A DNA stretch of 64,000 nucleotides, taken from assembly GCA_965204785.1 (NCBI GenBank), contig OZ242015.1, positions 899,241-963,240 on the forward strand, read 5' to 3'. The notes under the pieces were generated by a model. The model did not search any database. It was not told where the DNA came from and saw only the letters and a list, made by a program, of their open reading frames with translations. The first letter of the stretch is position 1; each line of letters opens with the position of its first letter. A program made the position numbers and the translations under genes. Positions 1 through 8,877 of this stretch are shown piece after piece. This DNA comes from Alphaproteobacteria bacterium (GTDB taxonomy: Bacteria; Pseudomonadota; Alphaproteobacteria; SP197).

Positions 1-440
1 ACGACTAGGCGCCGCACATCGCGGCCCGTGCGTTTGGGCGAGCCCTTGGTCGCCAACAGGCACTGCTCGGGATTGGCCCGCGTCCAGTAGCCCATGCCCG
101 TGAAGAAGTCGGTGTCGGTATAGCCTTCTTCATGATCGGCCGAGGCATTGAGCTTGGCCCAGTAAAATCCGACGGTCTTGTACGTGAATCCCCAAGCGTC
201 GATCAGGTCGAGCGCGCGGGGCAAGTGGGTGTCGGTGGTCCACATCAGCAGGACGGCGTCATCGGCTGCCCAGTCCGCAACGGGAAGCGCTTTCATGTCC
301 GCTTGCAACATGCAGTCGTAATGGGCCTGGGCGCCCCGACCCTGGCCCTTGCGGCTCCATGTCGAGAAGTTCCAGGGCGGATCGGTGTAGATCACCGCAT
401 ACTGACCCGACTTCTTCGGCGCTCGCACGTGCATACTCAT
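1..440 (-). CDS. MT-A70 family N6-adenine DNA methyltransferase, 5' part only (gene runs off window start)
   Basis: Manual reverse translation from ATG at 440: MSMHVRAPKKSGQYAVIYTDPPWNF...GFTYKTVGFYWAK...GYWTRANPEQCLLATKGSP; DPPW catalytic motif typical of MT-A70; RBS aggaga upstream; not in ORF track because it lacks a stop inside the window. Confidence 0.7.
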   Translation of the reverse strand, partial: MSMHVRAPKKSGQYAVIYTDPPWNFSTWSRKGQGRGAQAHYDCMLQADMKALPVADWAADDAVLLMWTTDTHLPRALDLIDAWGFTYKTVGFYWAKLNASADHEEGYTDTDFFTGMGYWTRANPEQCLLATKGSPKRTGRDVRRLV

Positions 441-577
441 GGTGCAGGTTGTCTCCTGATTTATGCAATTAAGAAAAACCTGTAACTAATTGAGATTCAA
501 GAAAAATAAGGCTTATCTACAATTAAAATAGATATTGAGTTTCGCATTGCCTGTGACCACTACATGTTGTGGCACCT
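441..577. other. AT-rich intergenic segment, atypical for this 65% GC genome
   Basis: Runs such as aattaaaatagatattgag; sits between the MT-A70 start and the PhnD-like gene end. Confidence 0.5.
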
Positions 578-1390
578 TCAGGCCAGTTCAGGATAGCCGG
601 CCTTGATCGCCTCCTTTTCCATGGTGTCGATCCGGTCATAGGCGGAACGGGGAAGGCTTTCGAAACCGCCCAGCATCAACTGCTCACGTACGTTGGCCAG
701 CGATGAATCCGCAGCGGCTTCCAGCAGGCCGGCACGCAGGGCCTCGACCTCCTTGTCGGAGCGTCCGATATGGGTGACATAGGGCAGGCTGGGTGCTTTG
801 TCGGTCGCGGTCAACGGCTTCGTTCCGGTGGCCAGTTCGGGCATGTGCGCCAGCGTGAGGGCATAGGTTGCGCAATCGATGGCACAAATATCAGCCTTGC
901 CGCTGACCACCGCCTCCATGGAAGCGTGATGGCGGCCGGTTTCCAGCACGCCGGCGAAGAAACGGCCCTGTTCGGCATGGGGTGCGACCAGCGCACGCAA
1001 GGCGTTGAAGCCCGATTGGGAGTCATAGCCGTTCACGGCCACCGTGGCCCCGCGCATGTCCTCGATGGTCTGGCCTTGGCAGTCTTCGTGCACCAGCACG
1101 ACGCTGCGATAGGTCGCGCCTTCGCAATAGGGTGCGGTGTAGCAGGGTGTGGCGACCAGACGCAATTTGTCGGCAAAGTCGTGGGTCAGCGGGTAACCGC
1201 AGGTCTGTGAGAGAAGCAGGTTGGGAGAGGACCAATGGACGAGCCGGTCGCCGAAGTCGCCGCGGTCCATACGATCGGGAACATCCTGCAGGCCGTGCTT
1301 GCCGAACGTCCGCGACAGTGCCGACCACCAGGCATCCGTCGCCTCGCGGATCGGTTCCAGGTCATACATGGGCAGGCTGGCGATGTTCAT
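578..1390 (-). CDS. PhnD/SsuA-type (phosphonate-binding-fold) substrate-binding protein with no signal peptide
   Basis: 270 aa; pfam12974-like pattern (…YRSVVLVHEDCQGQTIEDMRGATVAVNGYDSQSGFNALRALV…SGKADICAIDCATYAL); no N-terminal signal; start overlaps GFA stop (ATGA). Confidence 0.55.
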   Translation of the reverse strand: MNIASLPMYDLEPIREATDAWWSALSRTFGKHGLQDVPDRMDRGDFGDRLVHWSSPNLLLSQTCGYPLTHDFADKLRLVATPCYTAPYCEGATYRSVVLVHEDCQGQTIEDMRGATVAVNGYDSQSGFNALRALVAPHAEQGRFFAGVLETGRHHASMEAVVSGKADICAIDCATYALTLAHMPELATGTKPLTATDKAPSLPYVTHIGRSDKEVEALRAGLLEAAADSSLANVREQLMLGGFESLPRSAYDRIDTMEKEAIKAGYPELA

Positions 1391-1803
1391 GTCTGGCGGC
1401 CGAGCATGCTACCTTCGAAAGCTTCCAGGCCATCGGTGATCTCGTACCAGTCCGGCTTGTCGCCGGTATGGATGTGCCGCACCAGCTTCAGATCTCCGGT
1501 CTCGTCCAGCGCACCTGCCGAGACGGCGGCGTAGCTCTCGAAAGTCGGTTCCCAGAAGAGGCTGGAGCCACACTCCTTGCAGAAACCGCGACGGGCCTTT
1601 TCCGATGACTTGAACCATTCCAGACCGCGGTCCTCGTCGATCGTCAGGGCTTCGCGGTCGCATGCGCTGTAGGCGGCGAAATTGCCGTGAGTTCGCTGGC
1701 ACTGGCCGCAGTGACAGGCGACGATCTGGCGCATGTTCTGGGTTACGTGGAAGCGCACGGCGCCGCACAGGCATCCGCCCGTCATTCTGCTGGCCTTGCT
1801 CAT
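1387..1803 (-). CDS. GFA (glutathione-dependent formaldehyde-activating / CENP-V) family protein
   Basis: GGCLCGAVRF…CHCGQCQ…FCKECGSSLFW zinc-binding Cys pattern. Confidence 0.8.
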   Translation of the reverse strand: MSKASRMTGGCLCGAVRFHVTQNMRQIVACHCGQCQRTHGNFAAYSACDREALTIDEDRGLEWFKSSEKARRGFCKECGSSLFWEPTFESYAAVSAGALDETGDLKLVRHIHTGDKPDWYEITDGLEAFEGSMLGRQT

Positions 1804-1813
1804 GGCGGGTTTC

Positions 1814-2674
1814 TCACTTCACGATCTGGTTGATCAGCTGTCGCGCCAATGCATGCACATCGGGTGGCTGTACGATGGAGGAACGTATAAGGAAGTCAAA
1901 ATGTTCCGTCAGAATGCGGATATGGTCGGTGCTGTTGAACACGAAATAGACATCGCCGGTGTAAAGCACGGCCCGGATGGGCCCGAAGATCGTGACCGGC
2001 GGTGCGTAATGTTCCAGCGCATCGAACAGAAACCAGCGCAGCGTCGGGTAGAGTTCATCGGTCAGGTGGGCGATGCGTTCGAGTTGCAGGCGCCGGCTCC
2101 GGTTCGACAGGTTGCGCCAGATGCCTTCGCCCCGGGCAAAGCCTTCGAGAGCCTGAACGGAACTGCAGATTTCGATGTCGGTCTCGGGCCGGCGGGTATA
2201 GGCGAGATTGTCCTGGGACGAACGGGTTGCCAGTTCCGCGCTCATACCCCGGCTGGCGCCAAACTCGAAGACGTTGACCTCATCGGTCTTTAGGAGGTCG
2301 GGCAGGGTGGTCGGAACGTAGCGAATTTTGTAGCCGGCCGCTTCGGTGTGCCACATCCGCAGACGCTCGTTGGCCGGGTCGGCCGCACCCGTGGCAATCT
2401 CCAGTGGCGCGCCCACGATCGCCTCTTCCGCCTGGTTTTCCTGGCTTAGCCCCAGCAGCCAGTCGGCGCTGACCTGCATGGCCTGGGCGATGGCGGCGAC
2501 GGTGTCGGCGCGTGGCAGGCGGTCGTCCCTTCCGGCCAGCAACTGCGAGAGCGTGGAGCGGTCCACGCCGATGCATCGGGCGAACTCGGCTTGGCGTCCG
2601 CCGCTGCGTTTGATGAGGGCTGCCAGGCGCTCGCGAAACACCCGGATGGATTGCTGTCGGTCAAAACAAGCCAT
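1814..2674 (-). CDS. XRE-family HTH transcriptional regulator with C-terminal regulatory domain
   Basis: N-terminal HTH_XRE (ERLAALIKRSGGRQAEFARCIGVDRSTLSQLLAG); 286 aa; divergent from the desaturase gene. Confidence 0.6.
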   Translation of the reverse strand: MACFDRQQSIRVFRERLAALIKRSGGRQAEFARCIGVDRSTLSQLLAGRDDRLPRADTVAAIAQAMQVSADWLLGLSQENQAEEAIVGAPLEIATGAADPANERLRMWHTEAAGYKIRYVPTTLPDLLKTDEVNVFEFGASRGMSAELATRSSQDNLAYTRRPETDIEICSSVQALEGFARGEGIWRNLSNRSRRLQLERIAHLTDELYPTLRWFLFDALEHYAPPVTIFGPIRAVLYTGDVYFVFNSTDHIRILTEHFDFLIRSSIVQPPDVHALARQLINQIVK

Positions 2675-2785
2675 GGATTTCCGAATTCTGACTGTTGATT
2701 TAAATCACCATATGCGGTGTTTGATGACAAATCGATGCAAAATGTGCCCAAATCCCTACAGACATTAGAGTTATATGACGTTTGA

Positions 2786-3787
2786 ATGAAGCTTCTGTGG
2801 TTTTGTGGGCGCATGACCTTATCGAGCGAAAACCCCGCCCTGTGGCACCGCTGGGAACTCCCCACCTGGGGTATTGCCACCCTGATCTATGGTTCCTGGT
2901 TTGCCCTGACCTGGTGGCACACCGTTCTGCCCGTCTGGTTTCTGATTCCGGTTGGTGCGGTTCTGGTATGCTGGCACGGTCACCTCCAGCATGAAGTGCT
3001 GCACGGACACCCCACGCGAATTGTCTGGCTGAACGAGTCGCTGGTCTTTCCCGCCCTCGGCCTGTGGTTCCCATACGGCGTCTACCGCGACAGCCACCTT
3101 GCCCATCACACCGACTGGCACCTGACCTGTCCCATCGACGATCCCGAGAGCTTCTATGTCACGCCAGAGGTCTGGGCGCGTCTGCCGCGTGCGTGGCAGG
3201 CCGTGCTGCGGTTCAACAACACCGTTGTAGGGCGTCTGCTGATCGGCCCCTTGCTTGCGACCTGGTCTCTCTATGGCGGGGCTGCGGTCAAGCTGGCGAA
3301 GGGCGATGCTACGGAGTTGAAGGCTTGGGTTCTGCATGCGGTGGGTTGCGCCCTCGTGCTCCACTGGCTGATCGTCGTCACGGCTTTTCCGCTCTGGGTC
3401 TATGCGCCCATGGCGTATATCGGCATCTCGCTCATCATGCTGCGTTCGTTCGGGGAACACAGGCCCGCTCCCGATGCCGCAGGGCGCATCTGCATCAACC
3501 TGGCAGAACCGCCCATGGCGCTGCTCTATCTCAACAACAATCTGCACGCCGTCCACCACGCGGCCCCCGGCATGGCCTGGTACGAACTGCCGCGCATGTT
3601 CCGTGCGGATCGTGAGCGGGTTCTTGAGCGCAACGGGGACTTTGTCTGGCGTGGTTACCGCGACCTGTTCCGCCGCCATTTTCTCACACCCAAGGACGAG
3701 CCGGTGCACCCTTATCACGACGACGACCATTGCCGTCCCGTCGCGCCCAGCAGCGGTCAGACCACTGCGATGAACTTTGTTCCCTGA
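2786..3787 (+). CDS. membrane fatty-acid desaturase family protein
   Basis: Three histidine boxes HEVLHGH / HLAHH / HAVHH; multi-TM; true start may be the Met at 2813. Confidence 0.8.
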   Translation: MKLLWFCGRMTLSSENPALWHRWELPTWGIATLIYGSWFALTWWHTVLPVWFLIPVGAVLVCWHGHLQHEVLHGHPTRIVWLNESLVFPALGLWFPYGVYRDSHLAHHTDWHLTCPIDDPESFYVTPEVWARLPRAWQAVLRFNNTVVGRLLIGPLLATWSLYGGAAVKLAKGDATELKAWVLHAVGCALVLHWLIVVTAFPLWVYAPMAYIGISLIMLRSFGEHRPAPDAAGRICINLAEPPMALLYLNNNLHAVHHAAPGMAWYELPRMFRADRERVLERNGDFVWRGYRDLFRRHFLTPKDEPVHPYHDDDHCRPVAPSSGQTTAMNFVP

Positions 3788-3888
3788 AACGCCGCTGTCG
3801 CGATTTCGTGCAAGCGAACGCGACGGTTCCCTACACTCGTGATCCACTCTAGCGTTCGAACTCTTCTCTTCAGTTCCTTCGGACGCTC

Positions 3889-4797
3889 ATGAACCCCAAC
3901 GAGCCAACCCGCGGTCTCGGCATGTCGATCGCGATCCCCACGCTGTTCGTGCTCTTGTGGAGCAGCGGCTTCATCGCCGCCAAGGTGGGCTTGAGCGACA
4001 GCGGTCCGCTGACCTTTCTTTCCCTGCGTTTTGCCCTTGTCACAATTCTTATGCTGATCGTTGCACTCGCCATGCGCGCGCCTTGGCCGGGTTCCTGGCG
4101 CGAGGTCGGACACCTGGCGGTGCTGGGCGTGCTGATGCAGGTGGTCTATTTCGGTGCGGCGTGGATTTCGATGTCCAGGGGTGTGGGCGCGGGCACCGCC
4201 GCGCTGATCGTTTCCATGCAGCCCGTTCTGACCGCCATTGTGGCGGGCAGGGTGCTGGGCGAACGGGTGGGGCCGCGCCAGTGGCTGGGTCTTGCCACCG
4301 GTTTTGTCGGTGTCGTGTTGGTGGTCTCGCAGAAACTCTCGTTAGGCCTTGGTTCGCCCGCCGGCATGCTGTGGTCGTTCATCTCTCTTTTGGGCATCAC
4401 GGCCGGAACGCTTTACCAGAAGCGTTTCTGCCCCACCATGGACCCGCGCACCGGCGGCCTGGTGCAGTTCATCACGGCAACCGCCATGCTGATGCCCTTG
4501 GCTCTCTTGCTCGAGGACTGCGCGATTTCCTGGAGCCTGGAATTCATCGGCGCGCTCTTCTACGTCGTATTTTTCCTCTCGCTCATTTCGGTGACCTTGC
4601 TGACGGTCATGATCAAACGCGGCCAGGCCTCGCGCATGACCAGCATGTTTTTCCTCGTACCGCCGCTCACCGCCGTTCTGGCCTGGATTGTCCTTGGAGA
4701 AACCATGAGTGGTTTAGCCGTCGTCGGTCTCGTCTGTGCGGCCATCGGCGTCGCCCTAGTGGTAGTGCCCGCGCGCAAGCCGCGACTGGCAGCATGA
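3889..4797 (+). CDS. DMT-superfamily (EamA-like) transporter
   Basis: 302 aa, 10 predicted TM helices, duplicated EamA-like halves. Confidence 0.8.
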   Translation: MNPNEPTRGLGMSIAIPTLFVLLWSSGFIAAKVGLSDSGPLTFLSLRFALVTILMLIVALAMRAPWPGSWREVGHLAVLGVLMQVVYFGAAWISMSRGVGAGTAALIVSMQPVLTAIVAGRVLGERVGPRQWLGLATGFVGVVLVVSQKLSLGLGSPAGMLWSFISLLGITAGTLYQKRFCPTMDPRTGGLVQFITATAMLMPLALLLEDCAISWSLEFIGALFYVVFFLSLISVTLLTVMIKRGQASRMTSMFFLVPPLTAVLAWIVLGETMSGLAVVGLVCAAIGVALVVVPARKPRLAA

Positions 4798-5693
4798 GAA
4801 GGCGGCTGGCCACGTTCACCTGGCGGCGTCTGGGTTGGGCGTTGCTGACTCTGGCCTTGGGAACGGCTGGCGCTCTGGTTTTCTAGGCCATCGGCGTTCC
4901 CGCGGCCTTCCTCTCCGGCCTCATGGTCGCGGTCGCCTTATGCGCGGTGCTGTGCGTGCCCGTCGACCTTGCCATGCCCTTGCGCGATGTCGCCTTTGTT
5001 GTGCCGGGAGCAATCCTGGGCACCGCCATGGATCAGGACGCTCTCCTCGCTCCAGGAATGGCCTGTCTCCATCGCGGGCCTTCTCCTGGGTTCTGTCATC
5101 CTCATGACCGTGGTGCCGCGCTACCTCACGCGCGTCCATGGCATCGATGACCGTACGGCCAAGCTCTGCGCCATTCTCCATACTCTGCGCCTCGCTGTCC
5201 TGTTGACGCTGATTCCCGCGACCGTGGCGCTGGCTTTCCACATGGAGGCCGCACAGATCGTTTTATGACGGACCTGATATGTCCTGGCCCGCGGCCGCGC
5301 TGGTTCTCGCCCTTTGTTTTCTGATCGTGCCGCCCGCGCGCCTGTTGCGCCTTCCCGCACCAACCTTCGTGGCGCCTCTCTATGGCCGGGCTGCTCCACG
5401 GGCAGATGCCGCTGGAACTGCTCTGGCCCTCGCTCATCGTCAGCGGTGCGGTGGTGGGCGCCTGGTTCGCCGGAACGACGCTGCGTTACCTCTGGGAGAT
5501 CATCAAGGTGGGACTGGGCGACATTGCGCTTGCCATCGGCATCACTGGCCTGCTGGCGTGGCTAGTCGCCATAATTACCGCGCTTCCCTTCGTGCAGGTC
5601 TGGCCTGCCTTCGCGCCCGGCGGATTCGACGCCATGCCGGTGCTGCCTTCTCCCTGGCGCTCGGCCCCGCCTTTGTCGCCAGGCGCCAGTTGA
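4794..5693 (+). pseudogene. AbrB-family (duplicated 'putative ammonia monooxygenase'-type) membrane protein, disrupted
   Basis: MRRRLATFTWRRLGWALLTLALGTAGALVF-TAG(4884)-AIGVPAAFLSGLMVAVAL…LRDVAFVVPGAILGTAM, then at least two frame changes (fragments 4969-5268, 5279-5737, 5382-5693: …LRLPAPTFVAPLYG / MAGLLHGQMPLELLWPSLIVSGAVVGAWFAG…). Confidence 0.55.
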
Positions 5694-5733
5694 TCCGCTT
5701 CCCGGCGATACCGTTCGTCTTCCGCCAACCGGC

Positions 5734-6315
5734 CTAAAGCGTCCTGCGTACCATGGGACGGCTGGGCAGGGGGCGGGCGACCTCGGTAAAACCGTTATCC
5801 TGAAACGCGCCAAGCGAACCGAAATAGAGCTCCATCCTGCCGGATTTGCCCTTTATCTCGACGGGATAGGCCTCCAGCGCGGTTGCTCCCAACTCACCTG
5901 CCTGACGAACCGCCGCAGCAATCAATGCCCGCATCAGCCCCTTGCGGCGGTACCTCTTGCGCACCACGAAGCAGGTGATCGACCAGACTTCGGTGTCATC
6001 GATCAGGGCAAAGGGTTTGGACCGGTTCAATCGGTCGTATTCCTGCCGCGGCGCTACCGCGCACCATCCCACGGGCGTCGCGCCGTCATAGGCCAGCAGA
6101 CCGGGCGGGCGGCCACTCCTGACCTTGGTCTCCAGCGTCGCCCGGTTGCCTTCGCCCCAGCCGGCCTTGAACTCCTTGTTGGGCAGATACCAGTAGGCGC
6201 ACCAGCACCGCTGCGGGTAGCTGCTGTCCCGGAAGAGAGCTTCGACATCGCCCCATCGCTCCGGCGTGGCCGGCGCAAAGGTGAAGTCCGTATCAAGCAT
6301 GGCGGGTGTCTTCAT
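5734..6315 (-). CDS. GNAT family N-acetyltransferase
   Basis: 193 aa; acetyl-CoA-binding region …VVRKRYRRKGLMRALIAAAVRQAGELGA…. Confidence 0.7.
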   Translation of the reverse strand: MKTPAMLDTDFTFAPATPERWGDVEALFRDSSYPQRCWCAYWYLPNKEFKAGWGEGNRATLETKVRSGRPPGLLAYDGATPVGWCAVAPRQEYDRLNRSKPFALIDDTEVWSITCFVVRKRYRRKGLMRALIAAAVRQAGELGATALEAYPVEIKGKSGRMELYFGSLGAFQDNGFTEVARPLPSRPMVRRTL

Positions 6316-6446
6316 TCGAGCATGGTGTCATCCCGGACAAGCGCCTGATGCGCGCAGATCCGGGACCTCGATAGGCAAACGTCCGTCTCGTATCACCCTG
6401 GCTTGCCCTCGCGTGGCTCGTTTGGCCGGGGTGACACCAAGTGGTG

Positions 6447-7982
6447 TCAATTGTCGTGGACACCGCCTTCTTCCTTGCGTTTGGCGACATAGGCATCGAG
6501 CTCTTCCCGGATGGCGGGATCGAGCGGCGGTTCCTCGAAGTTCTCCAGAAGCTGCTTCCAGATCTTGTTGGCGCGGGTTGCCGCGTCGGGACTGCCGGCT
6601 TCGACCCAGGTCTCGAAGTTGCGCCAGTCCGAGAGCATCGGCGCATAGAACGCGTGTTCGTAGCGGTCGAGCGTGTGCTGCGTGCCGAAGAAGTGGCCGC
6701 CGGGTCCAACATCGCGCATTGCTTCGATGCCGATCTCCTCGTCGTTCACGGTGACCGGCATCATGGTCTCGAACATGCCCTGGAGCATTTCGGCATCGAC
6801 GATCATCTTCTCGAAACTCGCCACTAGGCCGCCTTCCAGCCAGCCTACACCATGGTGGATGAAGTTGCCGTGGGCCAGGAACGCCGCCCACAGCGACATG
6901 CCGGTCTCATAGGCCGCCTGGGCATCGACGGCGTTGGACGCATTGACGTTGCTGGTGCGGAAGGGGATGCCATACTTACGCGCAAGCTGGCCACCCGCCA
7001 GCGTCGCCTTGACGTACTCGGGCGTACCGAAAGCCGGTGCGCCCGACTTCATGTCGACATTGCTGGTAAAGCCGCCATAGACCGCCGGCGAGCCCGGACG
7101 CACGAACTGGACCAGCGCGATGGTCGCCAACGCCTCGGCATTCTGCTGGGTCAGAGCGCCTGCCAGCGTGGTGGGTGCCATCGCGCCCAGTAGGGTGAAG
7201 GGCGTGATCGAAACCGGCTGGCCGTGGGTTGCCATCTCGATCAGGCCCTGGCTCATCGACTCGTCCAAGCGCAGGGGCGAGTTCGTATTGATCAGCGTGA
7301 TCAAGCCTGGCTTCTCGATCATCTCTTCTTCGGAGATGCCTCGCGCGATGCGGTTCATCACGATGCCGTCGCGGCTGCGTTCGGCGCCCAGCGCATAGGT
7401 GCGCCAGACCCGGTCGGTCTGGGTGATGAACGTCATGTAGCAGTCGAGATGCCGGGTCAGGGCCGGTAGATCGATCGGCTCCACCGGGTAGCCGGCGAAG
7501 AAGTGGATGCAGTTGAGGCTGGCTGCCACGCGCACCAGGTTCTGGAAGTCCTCGAACGTGCCCGGGCGACGGCCCTTGTCCATGTCCGAGCAGTTGGGTG
7601 GGCTGGAAACTGCCGCGACCACGATCCGGTTGCCGCCCAGAGTGATGCTCCGCTCGGGCATGCGGCTATGCATGGTGAATTCGGATGGCGCCTTGGCGAT
7701 CTGTTCCATCACCAGACTACGGTCCATGCGCACCCGCATGGCGCTGTCGTCCACATCGGCACCTGCCTTGCGGTAGAGACGCCGGGCCTCGGTCCCCATC
7801 ACCTCCATGCCCAGTTCCTCCAGAACCGTCAGGGAGGAATTGTGGATGTGCTCAAGCTGATCGGCGGAAAGCACGTCGAGCGGCGGGAAGGGGCTGCGCA
7901 CCTCACGCCAGGGAAGCTGTTCCAGAACCGGCTTGGAAGCCCGTCCAGCATCGCGGCGGCGTGAGGTTGAACGGCGGGCCAT
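6447..7982 (-). CDS. MttB-family (trimethylamine methyltransferase-like, non-pyrrolysine) methyltransferase
   Basis: 511 aa, full-length match to the MttB superfamily fold (…TLLGAMAPTTLAGALTQQNAEALATIALVQ…GHFFGTQHTLDRYEHAFY…); no internal amber codon. Confidence 0.8.
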   Translation of the reverse strand: MARRSTSRRRDAGRASKPVLEQLPWREVRSPFPPLDVLSADQLEHIHNSSLTVLEELGMEVMGTEARRLYRKAGADVDDSAMRVRMDRSLVMEQIAKAPSEFTMHSRMPERSITLGGNRIVVAAVSSPPNCSDMDKGRRPGTFEDFQNLVRVAASLNCIHFFAGYPVEPIDLPALTRHLDCYMTFITQTDRVWRTYALGAERSRDGIVMNRIARGISEEEMIEKPGLITLINTNSPLRLDESMSQGLIEMATHGQPVSITPFTLLGAMAPTTLAGALTQQNAEALATIALVQFVRPGSPAVYGGFTSNVDMKSGAPAFGTPEYVKATLAGGQLARKYGIPFRTSNVNASNAVDAQAAYETGMSLWAAFLAHGNFIHHGVGWLEGGLVASFEKMIVDAEMLQGMFETMMPVTVNDEEIGIEAMRDVGPGGHFFGTQHTLDRYEHAFYAPMLSDWRNFETWVEAGSPDAATRANKIWKQLLENFEEPPLDPAIREELDAYVAKRKEEGGVHDN

Positions 7983-8383
7983 GAATTTACTCCTTGGTTC
8001 CGGCGCGGCAAGGCTAGGCGTGCGCGGAATCGAACAACAAGCACCAACCCGTCACATTCCAGCCCGTTTGCGTCGTTGGCCGACGGATTGATACGATCGG
8101 TTCTCATCTGGAATCCGTGAGTTCTTCATAGGTACGCCTTGAGCGCCTGCCCGGGCGAACCGTCCGTCGAAGGTAGGCCGGACGGGCCACTCTTGCTTGG
8201 TTCAATTGCGTCCCTGACCGAGATCATTTCCGGCTGCACGCCACCAAAGCGTTGGGCATTCGGCTACAGCCTTCAGCGTGGGCATAGAGGCAAATTCCAC
8301 CCGCAGGCATGACATGGATCAATGCGGCGAGTCGGAACAGGCCGCGGATATCAGCGAATAACGCTCAATGGGCACCCGCCGAC

Positions 8384-8524
8384 ATGCAAGTTCAGAAAGC
8401 ACCCGATGATGCGCCCGCCGGTAGCAAGCTCCCGGAATGGTTCGTATTCCCGTTTCTAACGGTTTTCATCTAGCCCTTCGTCGCGGTCGGCGTGGTGGGG
8501 GTACTGGCGTGGTGGGGGTACTGA
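8384..8524 (+). pseudogene. napE: napE (small membrane subunit of periplasmic nitrate reductase) remnant
   Basis: MQVQKAPDDAPAGSKLPEWFVFPFLTVFI-TAG(8471)-PFVAVGVVGVLAWWGY; in-frame stop plus a 17-bp tandem duplication in the GGYGF-like region. Confidence 0.5.
8489..8522 (+). repeat. 17-bp perfect tandem duplication (ggcgtggtgggggtact x2) inside the napE remnant
   Basis: Direct reading of the sequence. Confidence 0.85.
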
Positions 8525-8577
8525 TTTGTCGTTTGGATGACTCAACTTATTGAGAGGCCGCCTAGCCCACCTGGCTC

Positions 8578-8877
8578 ATGACCGCACTCTGCAGCGGCAT
8601 CCCGGTCGATAGAGACCATGTCTCGGGGATCGTGGTCTTCCTCGGCCTGGCGGGTCATGGACCGACACTGGCTCGTCTCGCGGTGCCGCCGACGGCGATG
8701 ACCATAGCCCATGAAAGCCGCCGTGTCGCCCTTGTCGTCGAGACCGGGGACGAGCAGGGACTCGCCGATTGCGTCAACAGCCTGTCGCTGATGACCGGTA
8801 TCCAGGCAGCTTCGATAGCCTTTCACAGCATCGATCTCCAGAATGACGAGGTGCACCATGCCGTTATCGCGCCGTGA
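8578..8877 (+). CDS. napD: NapD, chaperone for periplasmic nitrate reductase
   Basis: HVSGIVVF…VALVVETGDEQ…GIQAASIAFH matches the NapD pattern (H.SslVV…klVVvlE…GVl.a.lvyH); the only apparently intact nap gene. Confidence 0.6.
   Translation: MTALCSGIPVDRDHVSGIVVFLGLAGHGPTLARLAVPPTAMTIAHESRRVALVVETGDEQGLADCVNSLSLMTGIQAASIAFHSIDLQNDEVHHAVIAP

Noticed and set aside
3957-4886. 309-aa plus-strand ORF overlapping the DMT transporter in another frame
   Set aside because: Arg/Ala/Gly-rich translation typical of an off-frame read of high-GC DNA; the DMT frame has coherent TM helices
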